From a bacterium (GTDB lineage: Bacteria; Arandabacterota; Arandabacteria; Arandabacterales; JALGWA01): DNA of 14,692 nucleotides. Positions within the stretch are counted from its first letter, which is position 1; the number at the start of each line of letters is the position of its first letter. The notes beneath the pieces are model-generated. The model worked only from the letters and a program-made list of their open reading frames with translations, made no database searches and had not been told where the DNA came from. Shown piece after piece: positions 5,154 through 14,054 of this stretch. The stretch spans positions 1 to 14,692 of the forward strand of contig JASFEA010000082.1 of the NCBI GenBank assembly GCA_050125095.1, written 5' to 3'. The translations under genes and the position numbers were made by a program.

Positions 5154-8147
5154 CTAGGACGCCCTCTTGAGGTTGGCCAGGCGCTCCCTTGCCTCATCGA
5201 CGGCGGGGAGGCCGTCGTCGGCTTCGCTCCAGATGTCCAGGAAGGTTTCGTATTGCTCTATGGCCCTGTCCTTCCAGCCGGACATCTCGTAAGCCACCGC
5301 AAGATGATAGTGGCTCTTTACAGACCAGATGGGAACCTTGGCCCGCGTCTCATCGTATGACCCGAGCATGTGTTCGAACATTTCTACCGCTTCAGAGAGG
5401 CGGCCTGAGTCGAGAAGCGTGAGCCCGAAGAAGTACCTTGCTCCGAAGTCGGATATGCGGCGCGCGTGAGGAACGCTCTCGAAGGCACTCACGGCCAGAT
5501 CGGCTGCGGCACTTGCGTTTCCGCGCGCCTGTTCCCTGAGTGACTGCGCCATCAGCCGCGCGGGTTCGTACACCTCTCCTTGCTCAATGAGATCCTTCTG
5601 CAGGTGTTCATAGACAACATCGGCTTCATCTTCGCGCCCTGCGAGGATGAGTAGGTATACATAGAGGTCACGGCCTACTCCAACGTCATTTGGATTGGCC
5701 GCCTGTCTGACCTTCATGCCCAGCTCGTATTCCTCGATGGCCTTCGCTATCTCATCCGTCTCCATGTATATCCTGCACTTCTGGAAGAACTTCTCCGGGT
5801 GTATGGTATTGCCGGCATGCTCCATGCGGTCCGCCGTTATGGCCGCGTCTATTACCTCAAGCGCCTCGTCGAACTTGCCCTGGTGCATGAAAATAAGAGC
5901 CATGCACTCGCGGCCCTCCGCCCGCCAGTCCTTGCAGTCGCACGCCGACAGCACGGCGTAGTATTCAGCGGCCTTGTCGTAATCGCGCTTGTACAGGTAC
6001 ATGTGGCCGAGCTTCTCCACGGAGAAATAGAAGTCGGGTTTGATTTCAATGGCCTTCCGGTATGATTCCATGGCCTCGTCGATGCGTCCGTTTCTGGCGA
6101 GGAGGTCCCCGCGCGAGTCGTAGGGATTGGCCTCGGCTGGGGCGAGCTCTATGTACTTGTTTATCGCCCAGAGCATGTTCTCGACATCGCCCATCTCGTC
6201 ATATGTGTAAGCCATTATGTTATAAGCGTTCTTGTAAAGCGGGTCGACTTCCACGGCCCTTCGATAATATTCGATGGCCTTCTCATTGTCATGGCGCAGC
6301 GACTTGTAAAGATCGCCAAGCCTCAGAAGAGCTTCCTTATCATCCGGGTACCTGGCAGCCAGGTCCTCTACGATTTTCAGGGCTCTTTCGTAGTCATTGT
6401 CGTTCAGGGCCTCGAGCTGCCTGATGAACATGCTCTCCTTCTCGCTGGCGTGATCGGCGTATTCGATTGCCTTGTCGATCAGCTTCGTCCTGTCTTCCAG
6501 GTTAGAGACCAGCGCCAGCCGGAAATAGGCCATGGCGAATGTGGAGTCATACTCCAGGGCTTTCCTGAATGCTTGGTTCGCCTCTTCGGTGTAGAGCTGG
6601 GCGGCGTAGTCCACGCCATCAAGGTAATGGCGGTAGGCCTCCGGAGAGTGGGTGGTGACGTCCGAGATGGGCCTGTCGATCTCAACCGTGGCGTGTCCCG
6701 GGATAGCGAGGTCGGCTTTGATCTCGGCGCTCAGTCTGTCCACCACCGCGAAGAGGTCTTCGCCGTCGGCCCCGTCGACGCGGTGTGTGGCCAGGATATC
6801 GCCGGTCTCGGCCACCGAGACTTCCGACGTGAGAATGATCGTCGGCTCGGTTTGCAGTATGTCACCGGTCAGTATCCACTTGGCTCCCGCTCTCGATGCG
6901 ACCTCGGTTGCCACGCTTCTGTCGACCGAGGTGGCCCCTTCCTTTCCTATGAGCTTAAGGATGTCGTACAGCCTCTGGCGGCTGACCACGCGCAAATATT
7001 CCGAGCTCGAAAGATCGGTTATGAGAAGACTCGTGATCATCTTGGAGTACTTATTTGAATCCTCCGGGTCGGGCAGGTTGTCGAAGTACATAACGGCGAG
7101 CGAGTTCTCGGTGGCCAGGGCCTCCTGCTTGGGCCCCATTTCCACCCGGAAGGGTTCGAATACGAAAAACAAGAGTATCAGGGCGGCGACGGCAACGGCG
7201 GGCACGAATATGGTGAGGAGCCTGCGCCTTGAGTCCCTCGAGCGGCCCGCCGCCAGAACCCTGCCGCTCTCGCTGAATTCAAGACTTTTCCTGAGGCGCC
7301 TGAGGTCCGCGACCACATCGTCCATGTGCTGGTAGCGCTCGGCCCTGTCCTTCTCGAGCGCCTTGTCTACCAGGCGCTGGAAGCCGTCGGGGACGTTCGC
7401 CTTGTACCTCGCGAGCGGCTCGGGTCTCTCGTTCAGAATGGAATTGATAATGGCCGCCGCATTGTCTCCCTTGAAGGGTTGGTGCCGCGAGACCATCTCG
7501 TAGAATACCACGCCGAAGGAGAAGATATCCGAGCGGCGGTCGACGTCCTCGCCGCGCGTCTGCTCGGGAGACATGTAGGCCATCGTGCCGAAGGTCGAGC
7601 CCCCCGTCGTGATCTTGGAGCCGCCCTTGACCTTGGCGAGGCCGAAGTCGGCTATCTTCACCCTGCCGTCCTTGTCCAGGAGCAGGTTCTGAGGCTTGAT
7701 GTCGCGGTGGACGATCCCGGATTCATGCGCCCTGTTGAGGCCGTCGCCGACCTGGATGCCGATATCGATAATCTCCTTGAGCGTGAGCTCGTGGGTCGCC
7801 ATCAGGTTCTTGAGCGTCCCGCCGGAGAGATACTCCATGGCGATGTAAGGCCGCCCCTGGTATTCCGAAACCGCGTGTATGGTTATGATGTTGGGATGAT
7901 TGAGCTTGGCCGCCGCCTGGGCTTCCTGTGTGAACCTCGCCTTTATCTCGGGCTCTGACGCGTACTGCTCCAGCAGGAACTTGAGAATCACCTTGCGCTG
8001 AAGCCTGGTGTCCTCGGCCAGGTAGACCTCGGCCATTCCACCTGCGCCTATTTTCTTTATCACCTTGAACTGGGACACCTTCGTCCCGGGCGACAGGACA
8101 CTGAACGACTGGGTTTCGTCCATACGGTCGTTGTCTTCTTCCGGCAT
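5154..8147 (-). CDS. Membrane-anchored Hanks-type Ser/Thr protein kinase with a TolB-N/FlgO-like domain and TPR repeats
   Basis: Intact kinase motifs IGAGGMAEVY, VILK, HRDIKPQN, DFG, GTMAYMSPE and DIFSFG. TM helix LLTIFVPAVAVAALILLFFVF (about 7158-7220), then SLAVMYFDN and multiple TPRs. ATG 8147 is preferred over 8156 because the GAGGA SD abuts 8156 but sits 8 nt from 8147. Confidence 0.92.
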   Translation of the reverse strand: MPEEDNDRMDETQSFSVLSPGTKVSQFKVIKKIGAGGMAEVYLAEDTRLQRKVILKFLLEQYASEPEIKARFTQEAQAAAKLNHPNIITIHAVSEYQGRPYIAMEYLSGGTLKNLMATHELTLKEIIDIGIQVGDGLNRAHESGIVHRDIKPQNLLLDKDGRVKIADFGLAKVKGGSKITTGGSTFGTMAYMSPEQTRGEDVDRRSDIFSFGVVFYEMVSRHQPFKGDNAAAIINSILNERPEPLARYKANVPDGFQRLVDKALEKDRAERYQHMDDVVADLRRLRKSLEFSESGRVLAAGRSRDSRRRLLTIFVPAVAVAALILLFFVFEPFRVEMGPKQEALATENSLAVMYFDNLPDPEDSNKYSKMITSLLITDLSSSEYLRVVSRQRLYDILKLIGKEGATSVDRSVATEVASRAGAKWILTGDILQTEPTIILTSEVSVAETGDILATHRVDGADGEDLFAVVDRLSAEIKADLAIPGHATVEIDRPISDVTTHSPEAYRHYLDGVDYAAQLYTEEANQAFRKALEYDSTFAMAYFRLALVSNLEDRTKLIDKAIEYADHASEKESMFIRQLEALNDNDYERALKIVEDLAARYPDDKEALLRLGDLYKSLRHDNEKAIEYYRRAVEVDPLYKNAYNIMAYTYDEMGDVENMLWAINKYIELAPAEANPYDSRGDLLARNGRIDEAMESYRKAIEIKPDFYFSVEKLGHMYLYKRDYDKAAEYYAVLSACDCKDWRAEGRECMALIFMHQGKFDEALEVIDAAITADRMEHAGNTIHPEKFFQKCRIYMETDEIAKAIEEYELGMKVRQAANPNDVGVGRDLYVYLLILAGREDEADVVYEHLQKDLIEQGEVYEPARLMAQSLREQARGNASAAADLAVSAFESVPHARRISDFGARYFFGLTLLDSGRLSEAVEMFEHMLGSYDETRAKVPIWSVKSHYHLAVAYEMSGWKDRAIEQYETFLDIWSEADDGLPAVDEARERLANLKRAS

Positions 8148-8193
8148 AGCCGTCATCCTCGGTTAGGTTTTAAACCCGGCGCTCACTACGGAT

Positions 8194-8282
8194 ACGCTCT
8201 CATTACATTAAAGGTTTCAGCCAAAAGCAAGAAAACTTTAGGGGGGATCACTTGCAGATCGACGCTCTATTATATTATACCA
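8194..8282 (-). promoter_or_regulatory. Putative tandem promoters of the kinase gene
   Basis: TGGTATAATATAAT (8282-8269; extended -10 with an overlapping second TATAAT), and TTGCTT (8230-8225)-17 nt-TGTAAT (8207-8202). Confidence 0.55.
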
Positions 8283-8426
8283 AGTCCGCCGATATTGTTC
8301 CTGCCTTTTTCAAGGAAAATTCTGCTCTCCTAATTCTCTCAAATTCAATGGGTTGCCCCGCCCGGGCCCCGTATGCGCTCCCCGTCTTCGGTAGGCATGT
8401 TGTTATACCAGAGAATACGCGGGTTT

Positions 8427-11400
8427 TCACGGTCTCCGCGGGGGCGGTATCGCCGTCTTTCGTCGCGTGAAGAACTCGAACAGCACGGGCACGACGATCA
8501 GCGTAAGGCCGGTTGAGACCACGAGGCCGCCGATGATCGCCCAACCCATGGGGGCCCACATGGTGCCGCCGCTCAGTGTGAGTGGAAGCAGGCCGGCCAC
8601 GGTGGTCGCGGTCGTCAGCACGATGGGTATGAAACGGGTCTCGCCGGCTTCCTTGAGGGCCGCCACAAGGTCCTTGCCCTCCCGCCTCAGCTGATTGGTG
8701 TAGTCGACGAGTATTATGGAGTTGTTGATCACTATTCCGACGAGGCTTGTGATGCCGATGAATGCGGTGAAGGAGAACGTGTTCCGCGTTATGAGCAGCG
8801 CCAGTATGGAGCCTACAATTGCAAGGGGGATGGCGGCGAAGACGATGAGCGGCTGCGTGTAAGACTTGAACTGCAGCACGAGCACGGCCATTATCGCAAT
8901 GAGCGCTATCACGACGGCGCGGGACATTCCCCCGAAAGACTCTTCGCGGCTCTCCAGTTCCCCGGCAATATAGTACTTGTAGCCCCTCGGCCAGTTGTAG
9001 CCGTCGAGCCGGCTTCTTATGTCGCGGGTTGCCCGGTCCACCGATGACCAGCGCTCGACGTCGGCGGTGATTGTCACGCTCCTCTCCAGATTGAAGTGCT
9101 CGATTGTCATGGGCGCCGCCCTGAACTCGATTTCGGCCACCTGCTTGAGCGGCACCTGGGCCCCGGTCACGGAAGTCACGAATATCCTGTCGAAGTCCCT
9201 CAGATGCGGGTCGTTGCCTACCGGGAGCCGCGCCACTATGTCGTACTCCTTGCCGTCGGGGTCGCGGTACCTCGCGACCGGGTGGCCGGCTATTGCCGCG
9301 CGGACGGTCCGGTCGATGTCCACCAGGTTGACGCCGACGAGCCCGGCCTTGGCCCTGTTGATGTCGACGTGAAGGTCGATCCGGGAGGTGCCGAGCGGAT
9401 TCACTATGTTCACTGTTCCCGGTGCCGCCGCGATGACCGCCTCGACGTCGCGGGCGACCCCCTTCAATGTCTCGAGGTTGTCGCCGAGAATGCGGATGGC
9501 GATTGGCGCCTCGACCGGCGGCCCCTGCTCGAATTCCCTGACTTCGATCTTCGCCCCGGGATAGCCGGCGAAGCGCCTCCGGAGGTCGGAGACCAGGACC
9601 TGCATCCTCTTCATGTTGCCGTCGGCGAGCTCCACGTAAATCTGCGCGTGATTGCTGGCTTCGCGCTTGGGGAACATGTTGTAGTACAGCCTGGGATTGC
9701 CGTGGCCCAGGTTGGTGGCAATATGCTTTACCTCTCTGTACTCTCTGAGTATCGACTCGACTTCGCGGGCCAGCGCATCGGTTCTCGAAATGCTGGTCCC
9801 CTCCGGCGAGTCGACGTTTATTATGAACTGCGTTTTCTCGGCCTTCGGGAAATACGATACCCCGACCACGGGAAAGAGGGCGAGACTTCCCATGAAAACG
9901 GCCAGTGTGAGCGCGATTGTCCGCTTCGGATGGGAAAGCGCGTAATCAAGAGCCCCGCGGTAACGCGTCTCTACGAAGCGGTTGAGCATATTGCGGACCC
10001 GGCCCTGTCTGATGGCATGGTCCGCCCGTATGAACCTGCTTGCGAGGTACGGTGTCAGCGTAAGGGACATCAGGAGCGACGCGAGCAGCGTGTAAACCAC
10101 CGTGGCCGGCATGCTCCTGATGAAGTCGCCCGTAACGTCCCGCATCATCATTATGGGAACGAAAGCGAGGACCGTGGTCGCGGTCGAACTGACCACCGCC
10201 CATCCGATCTGGCTGGTTCCCCTGATCGCCGCCTGTCTGGGATCATGGCCCAGCCTCATGAAACGCGACACGTTTTCGGTAACCACGATTGCGTTGTCGA
10301 CCAGGAGCCCGAGGGCGATCACGAGGCCGGCGATCGACATCTGTTGGAGCCCGTAGCCGGTCAGATCGACGAAACCTATGCCTATCAATATGGAAAGCGG
10401 AATCGCGAGCATTACTATGATGGAAGACCTGACATTGACCGACAGGAACACGATGAGCCCCACGAGCGCGAGTCCCTGCAGGAGGTTCAAGAAGAACCCG
10501 TTGAGGCGCGACGCCACGCTCCGCGACTGGTCGAACACTATCTCGAGCTCCATACCCCGTGGGAGCTCCGCCCCGAACTCGTCGAGCTCCGCCTTGAGTC
10601 GGTCCATGACGCGGAAGATATTGGTCCCCAGCTTCTGGGTCACGGTGAGGAAAACGGCTCTTCTACCGTCATATCTCGCGGTGTACGAATGGTCGCCGTA
10701 TCCCAAGTCGACGTCCGCGATGTCCTTCAGGTACAGTATTCTGCCTTCCACCGAGCGGATTACCGTATTGCGTATATCCTCTATGCTCTTGTACGACCCG
10801 CTCGTCTGTATGTTGAACTTCCTGGCTCCGATGTCTATGCTTCCGCCGGGGATATTCGCGCTCGAGCTCTGAATGGCGCCGGCCACCTGGTCGAACGGGA
10901 TGTGATACTCGGCGGCTTTCTCGAGGTCGACTGCCACGCGCACCTGCTGCTCCGGGAAAGCCCAGGTCTCAACGGTCCTGACTCCGGGGGCCTTGTGTAT
11001 TTTCTTCTCGAGCCGCTCCAGTTCCTTCTCCATCTGCCGGTAAGTGGCGTCCTCGGAGACAATTGCCACCTGAAGGATACTGACGAGGTTCACGGACCAC
11101 TTCTGCGCATCGATGCTGGCGATGTCCTGCGGGAGGCTCGCACGTATGCTGTTTACCTTTTCAACGACTTCGGTGTACTTCTCGTCGGGATCATTTCCGG
11201 GCCTGAACTCCACGGCGACGAGGGCCAGGCCGTCGCCCGCGGACGAGGTCATCTCCTTGATGTCCTCGAGCTCGTTAATGGCCTCCTCTAAGGGGTCGAC
11301 TATGAGCTCCTCAACGTCCTCGGGCGTGGCCCCCGGGTAGACGACTATTACGGTAGTGCCCGGCGGCGACACCTGGGGATCCTCCGACCGCGGCATGGTG

Positions 11401-11489
11401 ATGAACGAGACCACGCCGGACATCACAAGCAGAATGATGAGGACCGTTGTGAACTGGTGATTCTGTATTGCCAGTCGCGGCAGCTGCAT
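8427..11489 (-). CDS. RND efflux transporter permease, AcrB/AcrD/AcrF family (1020 aa)
   Basis: Typical length and two-fold repeated TM plus periplasmic-loop layout. Motifs YPGATPEDVE, GLLVDNAIVV.EN, GIVINNSIILVD and RFIPIVLTTATTVAGLLPL. Confidence 0.95.
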   Translation of the reverse strand: MQLPRLAIQNHQFTTVLIILLVMSGVVSFITMPRSEDPQVSPPGTTVIVVYPGATPEDVEELIVDPLEEAINELEDIKEMTSSAGDGLALVAVEFRPGNDPDEKYTEVVEKVNSIRASLPQDIASIDAQKWSVNLVSILQVAIVSEDATYRQMEKELERLEKKIHKAPGVRTVETWAFPEQQVRVAVDLEKAAEYHIPFDQVAGAIQSSSANIPGGSIDIGARKFNIQTSGSYKSIEDIRNTVIRSVEGRILYLKDIADVDLGYGDHSYTARYDGRRAVFLTVTQKLGTNIFRVMDRLKAELDEFGAELPRGMELEIVFDQSRSVASRLNGFFLNLLQGLALVGLIVFLSVNVRSSIIVMLAIPLSILIGIGFVDLTGYGLQQMSIAGLVIALGLLVDNAIVVTENVSRFMRLGHDPRQAAIRGTSQIGWAVVSSTATTVLAFVPIMMMRDVTGDFIRSMPATVVYTLLASLLMSLTLTPYLASRFIRADHAIRQGRVRNMLNRFVETRYRGALDYALSHPKRTIALTLAVFMGSLALFPVVGVSYFPKAEKTQFIINVDSPEGTSISRTDALAREVESILREYREVKHIATNLGHGNPRLYYNMFPKREASNHAQIYVELADGNMKRMQVLVSDLRRRFAGYPGAKIEVREFEQGPPVEAPIAIRILGDNLETLKGVARDVEAVIAAAPGTVNIVNPLGTSRIDLHVDINRAKAGLVGVNLVDIDRTVRAAIAGHPVARYRDPDGKEYDIVARLPVGNDPHLRDFDRIFVTSVTGAQVPLKQVAEIEFRAAPMTIEHFNLERSVTITADVERWSSVDRATRDIRSRLDGYNWPRGYKYYIAGELESREESFGGMSRAVVIALIAIMAVLVLQFKSYTQPLIVFAAIPLAIVGSILALLITRNTFSFTAFIGITSLVGIVINNSIILVDYTNQLRREGKDLVAALKEAGETRFIPIVLTTATTVAGLLPLTLSGGTMWAPMGWAIIGGLVVSTGLTLIVVPVLFEFFTRRKTAIPPPRRP

Positions 11490-11517
11490 TTGTGTATGTC
11501 CCTTCTTTCGTCCCGGC

Positions 11518-12561
11518 CTATTCGATTACGCTCACGAGCGAGCTGTCCGCCAGATAAGCCGCGCCGTCGACTACGACTTCTTTGATATCATGCAGGCCCG
11601 AGCTTGCCGCCACGCGGCCGTCCACCATGTGGTCTATGACTATGTGAACCGCCCGAGCCCTTCCGGTCGCGCGGTCAACCGTATAGACGACTCCAAGATC
11701 GCCATCCGCCTCCACGAGAGCCTCGACGGGTACAACCCTGTGTTCGTCCCCCGTGGTCGGGAAGATGTCGATATCGGCAACGAAGCCGGAAACAAGCCTG
11801 TGTCCGTCCGGGTCGAGGGCGAGCTCGATCTCATAGCTTCCGCTCATGGGGTCGGCCGCTTCCGCGATCTCCGTTAAGAGGGCGGTGAACTCGACGTCCG
11901 GATAGGCGTCGAAAGCAGCCCTCGCGGGATCACCGATCCTGAGCTTTATAAGTTCGCGGTCGTTGACCGCGGCGCGCAGGATCCACTCCTCGCCGGACAC
12001 CCCGAAGAGTATTATGGGTTGGCCGGGGGCGACGAGCTCGTTGACTTCGGCATATCGCTTGAGAATCCTCCCGTCAGCCGGGGCCCGTATGCTCGAATGA
12101 AACAGGTTGAACTCCGCGATTTCCCTGTTTGAGCGGGCCACGGCAAGGCCGGTCTCCGCGTCCTGCAGGCGCTCAAGCGTTATGACCGAGTCGGCGTAGA
12201 GGTTTCCGGCACGGCGGTAATCGCGCTCGGCCTTCTCGTAGGCGCTCTCGGCCTGCTGGGCCCGGGCCGCGATCTCGTCGAGCGTGAGCTCGGCCAGGAT
12301 ATCGCCTTCTCCGGCCTCCTCGCCTTCTGCGAAGTTCAGCGTTCGAATGATGCCGCCGACCTTAAACGACAGCCTGGCCTCCACCAGGGAGGAGAGCCTG
12401 CCGCTCGTGTGAATGGCGGGTGATGTCTCCTCGATGACGACCGGTGCAGTCCTTACGGGGATGGCGGTCTCCGTGGTCTCGCCGTCGCCACCGGAACCGC
12501 ATCCGGCAAGCGCCACGAGCGCCATGCCTCCCGCAATAAACAAACAGACGGGAGTTCTCAT
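11518..12561 (-). CDS. RND periplasmic adaptor (membrane fusion) lipoprotein (347 aa)
   Basis: Lipoyl-like halves LSFKVGGII...GDILAEL and IRAPADGRI...VAPGQP flank an alpha-hairpin. I moved the start to ATG 12561, which has an AAGGAG SD (12568-12573) and a signal peptide with lipobox LAG-C. Confidence 0.92.
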   Translation of the reverse strand: MRTPVCLFIAGGMALVALAGCGSGGDGETTETAIPVRTAPVVIEETSPAIHTSGRLSSLVEARLSFKVGGIIRTLNFAEGEEAGEGDILAELTLDEIAARAQQAESAYEKAERDYRRAGNLYADSVITLERLQDAETGLAVARSNREIAEFNLFHSSIRAPADGRILKRYAEVNELVAPGQPIILFGVSGEEWILRAAVNDRELIKLRIGDPARAAFDAYPDVEFTALLTEIAEAADPMSGSYEIELALDPDGHRLVSGFVADIDIFPTTGDEHRVVPVEALVEADGDLGVVYTVDRATGRARAVHIVIDHMVDGRVAASSGLHDIKEVVVDGAAYLADSSLVSVIE

Positions 12562-12647
12562 GCTACTCTCCTTCTGGCGGTAGAAGATCTCCGGCATCTT
12601 ATTTCCGCATCTGCCGCCGGGTTCATTGTCCGCCACGGGGTCCATCA

Positions 12648-14054
12648 CTAATCGTCCTCCGGTATGGGATAAAGCGCCGTCACCCTTTCGAACTGGGCAT
12701 AACTGCGGAGGTAGTTATAGACGGCCACGATCTGGTTTGTCTCTGCGCGGGTCATCGCGGTGCGGGCGTCGATGAACTCAACCTGCGCCGCGACGCCCTC
12801 TTCGAACTTGCGGCTCACTATTTCGAATGACTGCCTGGCGCTTCTCACCTCGTCGGCCGATGTCCCGACGTTCTGCTTCGCGACGACCAGGCTGCGGTGG
12901 GCGTCGCGCACCTCGAGCTCCATTTGTTGCTCGATTTCGTCCTTCCTGGTATTGAGACGGTTCTTCTCCGCCTGCGCCCGGCTCACGCGCGCCTCCCTCT
13001 GAAGGCCGTCGAACAGGTTCCAATTGAGCACCAGCGATGCGGTCCAGAAGTCGTCTTCGCCGGATATCCGGAAGTCCTCTCCCTCGAAGCCGTAATCGAA
13101 CGCGAAGGTAAGCCCCGGGACGTACCCGGTCCTGGCGAGCTTGACGGCGTTTCCGGCGCCCTCTATACCCTTTTCGATCTGGAGCATCTCCAGCCGCTTC
13201 TCCAGCGCGCGGTCGATGGCCTGGCTCAGGGTAAGCGGGGGGTCCGGGAGTTCATCCGGCAGCGTCACCGAATCGATATGCTCGTCCTGCGGCCTGTTGA
13301 GAAGGAAATTGAAATAGGCCCGGGCCAGGTATTCGCCCTTCTCAGCATCGGCCCTGGACTGGCGCACCCTGCTGAGCTCGGCCTGCGCCCTGTATACGAC
13401 ATCCCGCGTGGCCTGGCCGTTGTCAAAGAGGCTCTGGCTGACGCGGAGGTTCTCGACGAGCAGGTCCTCTGTCCGGGCCGCCAGGTCGACGAATGCGGCG
13501 GCGCCGAGATAATCGAAGTAAGCTCTTCTCACTTCCATCACGAGATCATGCTTGAATTGATCGCGAGCCGCCTTCTCCACGTCCTTGAGGTTGGCCCTCA
13601 GCCTGTAGTTATAGTAGACTGCCGGCTGGAAGATGGGCTGTATGACCTCGAGCTTGGTTTCGTGTTCCCTCTCGCGCAGGAAGGTGATGTTCTGATTCGG
13701 CACGTCCGTGGGGAACCGCTCTTCGCCTGTGAGCTGGTTCAATGCGTCGTGTATGGGATTCACCATGTCGCCGACGGGGAACTCGAAAGCCCTGCCCCCG
13801 TCGGCCCTTGTGTATCTGCCGAGTATGTCGAGCGAAGGCAGGAAGAGCCCGCGCGCCTCGTGGAGCTCGGCCACGCTCTTTTCATATGAGAAGTCCTGCT
13901 GCCTGAGGGCGAGGTTGCTGTCCAGTGCCTGCCGGATGTACGCGTCGAGTACGGTCTCCGCGGCGGCCGCGCGAGAGACGAGCACGAGCAGCATGAATAT
14001 GGCCAGCGTGACGGCGATAACTCCGCATGTACTGCCTTTTCTTCCCCTGTTCAT
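12648..14054 (-). CDS. TolC-family outer membrane efflux protein (468 aa)
   Basis: Signal peptide ending AAAA, two OEP repeats (ALDSNL.L...ARGLFLPSL and ALEKR.E...ARTGYVPGL...LNWNLFDG), and position in an RND operon. The start overlaps the TetR stop (ATGA, 14054-14051). Confidence 0.93.
   Translation of the reverse strand: MNRGRKGSTCGVIAVTLAIFMLLVLVSRAAAAETVLDAYIRQALDSNLALRQQDFSYEKSVAELHEARGLFLPSLDILGRYTRADGGRAFEFPVGDMVNPIHDALNQLTGEERFPTDVPNQNITFLREREHETKLEVIQPIFQPAVYYNYRLRANLKDVEKAARDQFKHDLVMEVRRAYFDYLGAAAFVDLAARTEDLLVENLRVSQSLFDNGQATRDVVYRAQAELSRVRQSRADAEKGEYLARAYFNFLLNRPQDEHIDSVTLPDELPDPPLTLSQAIDRALEKRLEMLQIEKGIEGAGNAVKLARTGYVPGLTFAFDYGFEGEDFRISGEDDFWTASLVLNWNLFDGLQREARVSRAQAEKNRLNTRKDEIEQQMELEVRDAHRSLVVAKQNVGTSADEVRSARQSFEIVSRKFEEGVAAQVEFIDARTAMTRAETNQIVAVYNYLRSYAQFERVTALYPIPEDD

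Noticed and set aside
5920..5950. CDC motif with a nearby Cys in the kinase TPR region as a metal or redox site
   Set aside because: An isolated motif in a TPR turn with no support without a homologue alignment.
8252..8559. Small ORFs 8275-8559 (-) and 8252-8470 (+)
   Set aside because: Both overlap the RND 3' end and the promoter-like boxes, and neither has a protein-like signature.
9096..11291. 731-aa plus-strand ORF
   Set aside because: It lies entirely antisense to the RND gene, is rich in Arg/His/Val/Asp/Gly with no recognisable motif, and is the expected shadow ORF of GC-rich codon usage.
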